Made by a program: the position numbers and the translations under genes. From Naegleria gruberi (taxonomy: Eukaryota), in the NCBI GenBank assembly GCA_000004985.1, contig GG738993.1: a stretch of 7,485 nucleotides of DNA; one strand, given 5' to 3'. Below are positions 1 to 6,718 of this stretch, in pieces. Each line of letters begins with the position of its first letter. Within the stretch, counting starts at the first letter, position 1. The notes below the pieces were generated by a model, which ran no database searches, was not told the DNA's origin, and saw only the letters and a program-made list of their open reading frames with translations.

Positions 1-165
1 AAAAAGTTGCGACTTTGTGTGGACACACATGGATATTGAGCGATTATAATGATTATAGCGGAACGAATCTGAAGATTTTTCATGTTACATTCATCTCTAA
101 ACATTATCCGAAAGCAAACTAAAAAAAATCCGAAACTGATGACCTAGTTTCTTCTTATCATCATC

Positions 166-305
166 ATGAAATTAATTTATTATATACTCTTCCTACTTTT
201 TCTACTAACTTTCTCTAATTGTTCTTCTTCCTTCGACTTTCGAATATTTTCTCTTCCGAAAATTCAAAAGTATAATACCAAAGATATCCAACAACAAGTA
301 ACGAA
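166..305 (+). CDS. 5' exon fragment of the receptor-like kinase gene: signal peptide and start of ectodomain (MKLIYYILFLLFLLTFSNC|SSSFDF...), interrupted by an assembly gap
   Basis: ATG at 166 is followed by a classic h-region (LIYYILFLLFLLTF) and a small-residue cleavage context (SNC-SSS). Open frame runs to the N-run. The ORF-track frame differs from the downstream main ORF, but the 50-N gap is a placeholder of unknown true length, so phase cannot be compared. Confidence 0.55.
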
Positions 306-355
306 NNNNNNNNNNNNNNNNNNNNNNNNNNNNNNNNNNNNNNNNNNNNNNNNNN
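306..355. other. assembly gap (50 N)
   Basis: Run of exactly 50 N. Confidence 0.95.
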
Positions 356-356
356 C

Positions 357-2926
357 GTTGTGGATGTTCATATTGAAAGAAATATTTCTCGTTCGGACTG
401 TGCTTCGTTTCTGCAAGTTGAATTATTCGAAAGTAAGAATAATTTGCAATATTTGCAATTGTATTTAAGATTTATTGGAAACGGCAATGGAATTGATTGT
501 GATAACCAAGGATTCTTTGCATTTACTATTAATTCATCAAAAGTTACAAGATTAGTCCAATTTCAAAATGTCACCTTTCAATCGGTTCAATTATTTGGTG
601 AATTACTTATATTTAGAGATGTTAACTTTGATGGTGGAGTTACTGTTTATGAAAATGCAATAGTTATGTGGAAAGTAAATGGTGAACTACCTATTGGAAA
701 GATTTCAATAGAAGAAAGTCGATGGAGATCAATTCTATTGGTGGATTCGAATTTTGCAGTCGAATCTTTGAATTATTTGGAGAAGGTAACTTCATTGTGG
801 ATTATTAGAGTGGCATTTAAATTGAATAACGTATTCCAATTGGTGAATATTGATGATTTGATATTGGAACATGTTAAATTCATGCCAGAAATTTATGATA
901 ATCGAATTTACAAATCTCCATTTGTATCCTTACGATTTATCAAATATGTAGTATTATTTAGAACTGAAATTGATGGATTTTCATATCAAACTGCTTTGAG
1001 TATTGAATATTCTGTTAATGTATTGATTTCATACTCATCCTTTTCGAATAATCATGTAAATTCCAAAGATTCCAATACGAATATACTCCTAGCAAAGGGA
1101 CTCAATCAATTACATGTTCTATATTGTAACTTTTTCAATAATATTGCAGAGTATGGTTCTGTTTTTGAAATTACTGGAATAAGTTCTCTATTAATTAGTA
1201 TGAATTCATTTCACAATAATACTATTGCTAATAGTGCTTTATATTTGGGAAGATATGTCGATACACACTATAGCTATGTGAGGATTCAGAATTCGATATT
1301 TACCGATAACAAAAGTTATTCGAAGGGAGGTGCACTAACCATTGACAAGTTATCCTCAGAACCTAATTTAAGCATTGAAGTTTATGGATGTTCCTTTTCT
1401 GAAAATAGTGGTGAATTTGGTGGTGCTATTCATTCATTTTCCAAATTATTGGTCACTGGAGGAATGTTTTATTCCAATACAGCAGTTCAACAGGGAGGTG
1501 CTATCTTTGCCAAGGATGGCCTCTCTCTTAGAAGCACATATTTTATTAATAATTCAGTAATTGATACAAGTCTAACCTATTGTACAGATAATAATTGTAT
1601 TGGTAGTGGAGGAGCTGTTTCGTTTCTCGTTGAAAATGGATCAGATTCATCCCTAGTGATATTCAGAAGCTCTTTCGATGGTAACACAGCCACTAGAGGA
1701 GGTGGTATTAGTATTAGCAGACCCGATGAGTTGAGTATTGAAGGTAATACTTTTAAAGATTGCAAAGCTGATTTTGCTGGAGGAGCACTTTTCATTAGCT
1801 CAATACTTAATCAAACATTTTCTAGCTCGCTAATTGAAAGTAACGAATTTTCAAATAATCAAGGATTGACTTATGGGGATGATATGAGTTCAATAGTTTA
1901 CACAGTCAATTGGAAATACTCAATTGATGGAAAACAGTATAATTATTTAGATTCGAATGGAATCAAAATTTATCCTGGGCAGGTATTCTCACTTTTTCCT
2001 GAAGCTTTTGACATTTTTGACCAATACATTCCAGTATTGAAGGAAACAAGTGAATTAGGCATCAAAAATAGTGATAAATTCCAATTAGAAAGACAAGGTT
2101 ATTCATTCGGTAACATATTCATTTCCGTTATCAATCAAACAGATTTTGACTCAACAAAATTGACATTGGTGAGCGCGTTTAGTGTTACCATTTCTGAAAT
2201 TCCAATTATTGTTGAACCATGCCCTTCTGATACAAGTTTAAAGCCAGCCAATTATGGAAAATCTTATGATTTCATTTGTCAGCAAAAGCCATCCTATGAT
2301 TATGTTATTGCTGTGGCTGTAACTCTAACCGTACTCACATTATCATTCTCTGTGGGAATGGTAGCAGTTTGTACCTATTTATGTGTTAAAATAACTCGAA
2401 AAGTTAATTATTGGGTTAAAAGAGATAAAGCAGAAAAGGACATTGAGAAGAGATTGTTGGAAAACGAAATAACCTACATGGAGGATCATTCTCTACAAAC
2501 TGTCAACAGTACAGGATCTGGTAAGAGACAACAAGTGTCCTTCATCATTAGTATCGATCAGATATTTCCAGAAAAGAAGATTGGAGAAGGTGGATCAGGA
2601 GTTGTCTATTTGGGAAAGTGGCATCACCATCCTGTTGCTATCAAATGTTTGAAAATTGAAGACACTGCCAATTCTGATGAAATTGAAAAGGAAGCTGCAA
2701 TGTTATGTCGATTGAGACATCCTAATATTGTGCTATTTTATGGTGTTTCACTAACACAACACAAGCAATACCTCGTAGTTGAATATTTGGAAAGAGGAAG
2801 CTTGGAAAAGTATATTCAAGATATGAAACGTCAAGAAATATCAGTAACCTTCTCTGAAAAGTTGAAACTCTTAATTGACATTGCATGTGGAATGGTTTAT
2901 TTACACAGTTTGAAAATAATTCATAG
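357..2926 (+). CDS. receptor-like protein kinase, main exon: ectodomain with Pmp-type beta-helix repeats, single TM, juxtamembrane segment and kinase N-lobe up to catalytic-loop HR
   Basis: 856-codon open frame (track 360..2930) that is open back to the N-run, so there is no true start here. Several NxS/T sequons (NISR, NSSK, NVTF, NNTI, NKSY, NLSI, NNSV, NGSD, NQTF, NQTD). About 10 repeats of FxxN followed about 10-15 aa later by GGA[ILV] (GGALTIDK, GGAIHSFS, GGAIFAKD, GGAVSFLV, GGGISISR, GGALFISS). Hydrophobic 28-aa stretch then a basic stop-transfer (KITRKVNYWVKRDK). Kinase motifs IGEGGSGVVYLGKW, VAIKCLK, LVVEYLERGSLEKY, HR. The frame ends AG|GTAAGT at 2926/2927. Confidence 0.85.
1041..1890 (+). 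repeat. coding region for about 10 tandem about 25-aa Pmp-type (Chlamydia polymorphic membrane protein-like) FxxN/GGA[IL] repeats; parallel beta-helix signature
   Basis: FSNN 1041-1052, FFNN, FHNN, FTDN...GGALTI (GGA at 1326-1334), FSEN...GGAIHS, FYSN...GGAIFA, FINN...GGAVSF, FDGN...GGGISI, FKDC...GGALFI, FSNN 1848-1859. Spacing is regular. Confidence 0.75.
2304..2388 (+). other. transmembrane helix coding segment (VIAVAVTLTVLTLSFSVGMVAVCTYLCV)
   Basis: 28 consecutive hydrophobic or small residues, followed by K/R-rich residues on the cytoplasmic side. Lies between the glycosylated ectodomain and the kinase domain. Confidence 0.8.
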
Positions 2927-2975
2927 GTAAGTGTGTTCATATTAAGAATATTAGAATTTTACCAATGAAAATTAG
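2927..2975 (+). other. spliceosomal intron (49 nt, GTAAGT...ATTAG), phase 2, splitting the kinase catalytic loop HR|DLKPANIL
   Basis: The exon ends ...CAT AG | gtaagtgtgttc. After ...aaaattag the base A2976 completes AGA (Arg), and GAT TTG AAA CCT GCC AAT ATT TTG follows, giving the canonical HRDLKPxN motif. Unspliced, the frame hits TAA at 2928. Confidence 0.85.
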
Positions 2976-3019
2976 AGATTTGAAACCTGCCAATATTTTG
3001 ATGGATGCCAACTGGACTG
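2976..3019 (+). CDS. receptor-like kinase, next exon (R-DLKPANILMDANWT...), runs into assembly gap
   Basis: In phase with the upstream exon after splicing. Catalytic loop DLKPANIL, typical of Ser/Thr and TKL kinases. Truncated by the N-run at 3020. Confidence 0.8.
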
Positions 3020-5225
3020 NNNNNNNNNNNNNNNNNNNNNNNNNNNNNNNNNNNNNNNNNNNNNNNNNNNNNNNNNNNNNNNNNNNNNNNNNNNNNNNNN
3101 NNNNNNNNNNNNNNNNNNNNNNNNNNNNNNNNNNNNNNNNNNNNNNNNNNNNNNNNNNNNNNNNNNNNNNNNNNNNNNNNNNNNNNNNNNNNNNNNNNNN
3201 NNNNNNNNNNNNNNNNNNNNNNNNNNNNNNNNNNNNNNNNNNNNNNNNNNNNNNNNNNNNNNNNNNNNNNNNNNNNNNNNNNNNNNNNNNNNNNNNNNNN
3301 NNNNNNNNNNNNNNNNNNNNNNNNNNNNNNNNNNNNNNNNNNNNNNNNNNNNNNNNNNNNNNNNNNNNNNNNNNNNNNNNNNNNNNNNNNNNNNNNNNNN
3401 NNNNNNNNNNNNNNNNNNNNNNNNNNNNNNNNNNNNNNNNNNNNNNNNNNNNNNNNNNNNNNNNNNNNNNNNNNNNNNNNNNNNNNNNNNNNNNNNNNNN
3501 NNNNNNNNNNNNNNNNNNNNNNNNNNNNNNNNNNNNNNNNNNNNNNNNNNNNNNNNNNNNNNNNNNNNNNNNNNNNNNNNNNNNNNNNNNNNNNNNNNNN
3601 NNNNNNNNNNNNNNNNNNNNNNNNNNNNNNNNNNNNNNNNNNNNNNNNNNNNNNNNNNNNNNNNNNNNNNNNNNNNNNNNNNNNNNNNNNNNNNNNNNNN
3701 NNNNNNNNNNNNNNNNNNNNNNNNNNNNNNNNNNNNNNNNNNNNNNNNNNNNNNNNNNNNNNNNNNNNNNNNNNNNNNNNNNNNNNNNNNNNNNNNNNNN
3801 NNNNNNNNNNNNNNNNNNNNNNNNNNNNNNNNNNNNNNNNNNNNNNNNNNNNNNNNNNNNNNNNNNNNNNNNNNNNNNNNNNNNNNNNNNNNNNNNNNNN
3901 NNNNNNNNNNNNNNNNNNNNNNNNNNNNNNNNNNNNNNNNNNNNNNNNNNNNNNNNNNNNNNNNNNNNNNNNNNNNNNNNNNNNNNNNNNNNNNNNNNNN
4001 NNNNNNNNNNNNNNNNNNNNNNNNNNNNNNNNNNNNNNNNNNNNNNNNNNNNNNNNNNNNNNNNNNNNNNNNNNNNNNNNNNNNNNNNNNNNNNNNNNNN
4101 NNNNNNNNNNNNNNNNNNNNNNNNNNNNNNNNNNNNNNNNNNNNNNNNNNNNNNNNNNNNNNNNNNNNNNNNNNNNNNNNNNNNNNNNNNNNNNNNNNNN
4201 NNNNNNNNNNNNNNNNNNNNNNNNNNNNNNNNNNNNNNNNNNNNNNNNNNNNNNNNNNNNNNNNNNNNNNNNNNNNNNNNNNNNNNNNNNNNNNNNNNNN
4301 NNNNNNNNNNNNNNNNNNNNNNNNNNNNNNNNNNNNNNNNNNNNNNNNNNNNNNNNNNNNNNNNNNNNNNNNNNNNNNNNNNNNNNNNNNNNNNNNNNNN
4401 NNNNNNNNNNNNNNNNNNNNNNNNNNNNNNNNNNNNNNNNNNNNNNNNNNNNNNNNNNNNNNNNNNNNNNNNNNNNNNNNNNNNNNNNNNNNNNNNNNNN
4501 NNNNNNNNNNNNNNNNNNNNNNNNNNNNNNNNNNNNNNNNNNNNNNNNNNNNNNNNNNNNNNNNNNNNNNNNNNNNNNNNNNNNNNNNNNNNNNNNNNNN
4601 NNNNNNNNNNNNNNNNNNNNNNNNNNNNNNNNNNNNNNNNNNNNNNNNNNNNNNNNNNNNNNNNNNNNNNNNNNNNNNNNNNNNNNNNNNNNNNNNNNNN
4701 NNNNNNNNNNNNNNNNNNNNNNNNNNNNNNNNNNNNNNNNNNNNNNNNNNNNNNNNNNNNNNNNNNNNNNNNNNNNNNNNNNNNNNNNNNNNNNNNNNNN
4801 NNNNNNNNNNNNNNNNNNNNNNNNNNNNNNNNNNNNNNNNNNNNNNNNNNNNNNNNNNNNNNNNNNNNNNNNNNNNNNNNNNNNNNNNNNNNNNNNNNNN
4901 NNNNNNNNNNNNNNNNNNNNNNNNNNNNNNNNNNNNNNNNNNNNNNNNNNNNNNNNNNNNNNNNNNNNNNNNNNNNNNNNNNNNNNNNNNNNNNNNNNNN
5001 NNNNNNNNNNNNNNNNNNNNNNNNNNNNNNNNNNNNNNNNNNNNNNNNNNNNNNNNNNNNNNNNNNNNNNNNNNNNNNNNNNNNNNNNNNNNNNNNNNNN
5101 NNNNNNNNNNNNNNNNNNNNNNNNNNNNNNNNNNNNNNNNNNNNNNNNNNNNNNNNNNNNNNNNNNNNNNNNNNNNNNNNNNNNNNNNNNNNNNNNNNNN
5201 NNNNNNNNNNNNNNNNNNNNNNNNN
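3020..5225. other. assembly gap or masked region (2206 N)
   Basis: Uninterrupted N-run. The ORF-track entries 2965..5238 and 3005..5287 are artefacts of translating N as X. Confidence 0.95.
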
Positions 5226-5281
5226 ATTTTGCTTTTGATGATAAAGGAAGATGTGATATTGATTTATTTTTTTATTTTAAA

Positions 5282-5332
5282 CCCTAATGACGGAAATAAG
5301 TGGTAGTTTGCAAAAAATCGAGGGGTAAAATC
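5282..5332. repeat. intergenic composite motif, copy A: CCCTAATGACGG (5282-5293), GAAATAAGTGGTAGTTTG, TTGCAAAAAATCGAGGGGTAAAATC (5308-5332). Related half-sites GTGAGGGGTTGATTTGCAA (5390-5408) and TTGAGGACTTGAATTTT (5412-5428).
   Basis: Blocks shared with 6906-7008 (see the finding). GC-rich islands in AT-rich spacer. Confidence 0.5.
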
Positions 5333-5336
5333 AGGT

Positions 5337-5360
5337 ACCACTATCTGAACAGTGGTTTTT
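5337..5360 (+). other. 6-bp perfect hairpin (ACCACT-atctgaac-AGTGGT) followed directly by TTTTT
   Basis: The stem and T5 are read directly. It lies in the convergent 3' intergenic space between the kinase gene and the minus-strand gene. Confidence 0.3.
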
Positions 5361-5449
5361 ATCAAATCCAGACCTGGCTTTTTGAAAAAGTGAGGGGTTG
5401 ATTTGCAATAAATTGAGGACTTGAATTTTTTACAATCATAACCTAAACT

Positions 5450-5455
5450 TTTATT
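5450..5455 (-). promoter_or_regulatory. AATAAA polyadenylation signal of the minus-strand gene
   Basis: The + strand TTTATT at 5450-5455 lies 6 nt downstream, in the minus sense, of the TGA at 5463-5461. Confidence 0.4.
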
Positions 5456-5460
5456 AAGAG

Positions 5461-5647
5461 TCAACTTAGCAGAATGGAATGGTTGGAAAAATGACCAAGA
5501 CCAAATGAATCAACAAATGAAAATGCGAGGTCTTTGAGGTTAGTAATTGGCTCCGTGAAAGTGTGAGTAAATTTCCCATCCACGTAATTATCCAAAATAG
5601 CAGATACAGTATTGTTCTTCTCAATAAAACTTGTGATTATTACACGT
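5461..5647 (-). CDS. last coding exon of minus-strand gene (...RVIITSFIEKNNTVSAILDNYVDGKFTHTFTEPITNLKDLAFSFVDSFGLGHFSNHSILLS*)
   Basis: 60 sense codons stay open in the phase fixed by the upstream exon, then TGA at 5463-5461. On the minus strand AATAAA lies at 5455-5450, 6 nt after the stop. Acceptor atattttag at 5650-5648. Confidence 0.6.
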
Positions 5648-5686
5648 CTAAAATATTAGTTGCAATTTAGTTATGAAACCACTTAC
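5648..5686 (-). other. intron (39 nt; GTAAGT...TTTTAG) of minus-strand gene
   Basis: Minus-strand GTAAGT at 5686-5681 and TAG acceptor at 5650-5648. Splicing keeps a 93-codon frame open across exons 2 and 3. Confidence 0.6.
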
Positions 5687-5784
5687 TTTCCACTGCTAGT
5701 AAAAGCATATTGAGATTGATTTAAGTGAAAAATCCATTGATTTGACACTAACAATGTTCCCTGAAACAGTCTTGACCACCAAAT
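5687..5784 (-). CDS. internal exon (98 nt; IWWSRLFQGTLLVSNQWIFHLNQSQYAFTSSGK) of minus-strand gene
   Basis: Only one of three frames is open. It is bounded by a ccctttcag acceptor (AG at 5786-5785) and a GTAAGT donor (5686-5681). The phase matches both flanking exons. Confidence 0.55.
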
Positions 5785-5884
5785 CTGAAAGGGATGTATT
5801 AATACGGAAATCCTAAAGATATCAATAAATTAATTAATTTAAATACTTACATGATTCTTATCGATTAGTCGTAGAATTAAATAC
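5785..5884 (-). other. intron (100 nt; donor AAG|GTATTT at 5884, acceptor TTTCAG at 5785) of minus-strand gene
   Basis: A donor at 5884-5883 skips the in-frame TAA at 5860-5858 and keeps the frame. An internal GTAAGT at 5850-5845 is an alternative donor that would instead end the protein at ...KVFNSTTNR*. Confidence 0.45.
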
Positions 5885-6340
5885 CTTTGCCATTTTGCCA
5901 AAGTTGAGCACATATTTCAACAGAGCATCTTTAGTTTTACATAATAAATGATCTTTGGGAAGCAATTCTCCTAATAATTTCAATAACAATCCAATCTTTG
6001 ATGTTGCAATCTCGAAAAATACAATAATAAAGAGAATAATTGTTATTGCTGTAACAACATTCACCGCCTACCCCTTATACAATGATTCGTCAACAATACT
6101 ACTACTATTGTCATTTAAATCAAATCCTCCCAATTCTCCAAAACTGAAACTCTCTTGCTCATGAAAAATTACTTCTTGTTGTCCAGATTTCAAACTTGAT
6201 TCATCTATTTCCAATTTCCAATTTCCAGTTAATAATTGTTCCTTTGTTACATTTTTGCTAATATCTTCATAGTCTCTTTTACAACCTTCTTGATACGTTT
6301 TCGTTCTCTGTATGTTTTTGTGTATTGAATGTTTTTCTTC
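5885..6340 (-). CDS. 5'-ward exon of minus-strand gene. 151 codons in one frame, interrupted by a single in-frame TAG at 6070-6068. Includes the hydrophobic segment VVTAITIILFIIVFFEIATSKIGLLLKLL. The 5' end and start codon are not resolved.
   Basis: Minus-strand frame: EEKHSIHKNIQRTKTYQEGCKRDYEDISKNVTKEQLLTGNWKLEIDESSLKSGQQEVIFHEQESFSFGELGGFDLNDNSSSIVDESLYKG-TAG-AVNVVTAITIILFIIVFFEIATSKIGLLLKLLGELLPKDHLLCKTKDALLKYVLNFGKMAK. The frame is closed upstream by TAA at 6343-6341. An ATG at 6359-6357 is in another frame. The purine-rich coding strand is the minus strand. Confidence 0.45.
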
Positions 6341-6430
6341 TTAACGCTTTTTGATTCATTTTTAATGTTTCATAAATGATAGACTTCTTAATTTAGAAAT
6401 TCTTCTTTCCAATAAAAGTGCTTTCTGTAG

Positions 6431-6648
6431 ATGGTGTTGGAGCCAAGATTAGATTTGAAGAGGTTGTTATTTCAGATAAAATCAATGAAGGAGAACACCT
6501 TGACATTCAGTTGGTAGAGGATATTTGCTTGACTTTTCAAAATGAGTGTCTCTTCAGTGAAATCAAGGACAAGATCAAAGACTATTTGAGTTCAGCTTTG
6601 AAAAAGAGAAGAGTCGAATTGAAGTTGAATAGTGTTTGTGACTTGTAA
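6431..6648 (+). CDS. terminal coding exon with no ATG (...VDGVGAKIRFEEVVISDKINEGEHLDIQLVEDICLTFQNECLFSEIKDKIKDYLSSALKKRRVELKLNSVCDL*) of an unidentified small gene
   Basis: 84-codon open frame with coding-like purine-rich composition and codon usage like the kinase gene. No in-frame ATG. The acceptor-like site ttcttctttccaataaaagtgctttctgtag ends at 6430. TAA at 6646-6648, then AATAAA at 6688-6693 and a GT-rich element at 6699-6718. No upstream partner exon was found. Confidence 0.4.
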
Positions 6649-6687
6649 ATTGGTGTGATGAGTGTGATGTGACAATTCTAAAAATTG

Positions 6688-6718
6688 AATAAACCAAATT
6701 TGTGTGCTATGGTGTGTT
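6688..6718 (+). promoter_or_regulatory. putative polyadenylation signal AATAAA plus a downstream GU-rich element for the 6431-6648 exon
   Basis: AATAAA lies 40 nt after the TAA. tttgtgtgctatggtgtgtt lies just downstream. Confidence 0.4.

Noticed and set aside
1375-1560. ORF-track 61-aa + ORF
   Set aside because: Out-of-frame overlap lying entirely inside the 856-codon kinase ORF. No support.
1577-1795. ORF-track 72-aa - ORF
   Set aside because: Antisense to the Pmp-repeat region of the kinase gene. Pro/Leu/Ser-rich mirror of GGA-rich sense codons. Spurious.
360-2926. Bacterial (Chlamydia-type Pmp or autotransporter) gene interpretation
   Set aside because: The same ORF continues through a TM helix into a eukaryotic protein kinase domain interrupted by a GTAAGT...AG intron. 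Neighbouring genes are spliced and one is CPSF1. The window is eukaryotic.
2722-2940. ORF-track 72-aa - ORF
   Set aside because: Antisense to the kinase domain and spans the intron donor. Spurious.
2927-2954. Alternative 28-nt intron using the AG at 2953-2954
   Set aside because: It keeps the frame but inserts RILPMKI between HR and DLKP, which destroys the invariant HRD motif. It is also implausibly short.
2965-5287. Two about 760-aa + ORFs made almost entirely of X
   Set aside because: Artefacts of translating the N-run. Only the first 14 residues (DLKPANILMDANWT, after splicing) are real.
5282-5293. Telomere-like TTAGGG / CCCTAA
   Set aside because: A single hexamer inside a longer shared 12-mer. 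There is no tandem array.
5337-5360. Rho-independent transcription terminator
   Set aside because: Eukaryotic context. Kept only as a weak Pol III terminator or 3' UTR structure candidate.
5264-5464. ORF-track 66-aa - ORF
   Set aside because: TTG-initiated. Lies in the 3' UTR or intergenic space downstream of the TGA at 5461 and overlaps the composite motif region. No coding-like composition.
6046-6068. A 23-nt micro-intron (GTAGGC...TTACAG) that would remove the in-frame TAG
   Set aside because: Far shorter than the other introns here (39-100 nt), and it shifts the downstream frame into one that terminates after 37 codons.
5955-6164. ORF-track 69-aa + ORF (N/S/P-rich)
   Set aside because: Antisense to the purine-rich minus-strand coding frame. 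Low-complexity translation typical of reading the complement of an AT-rich gene.
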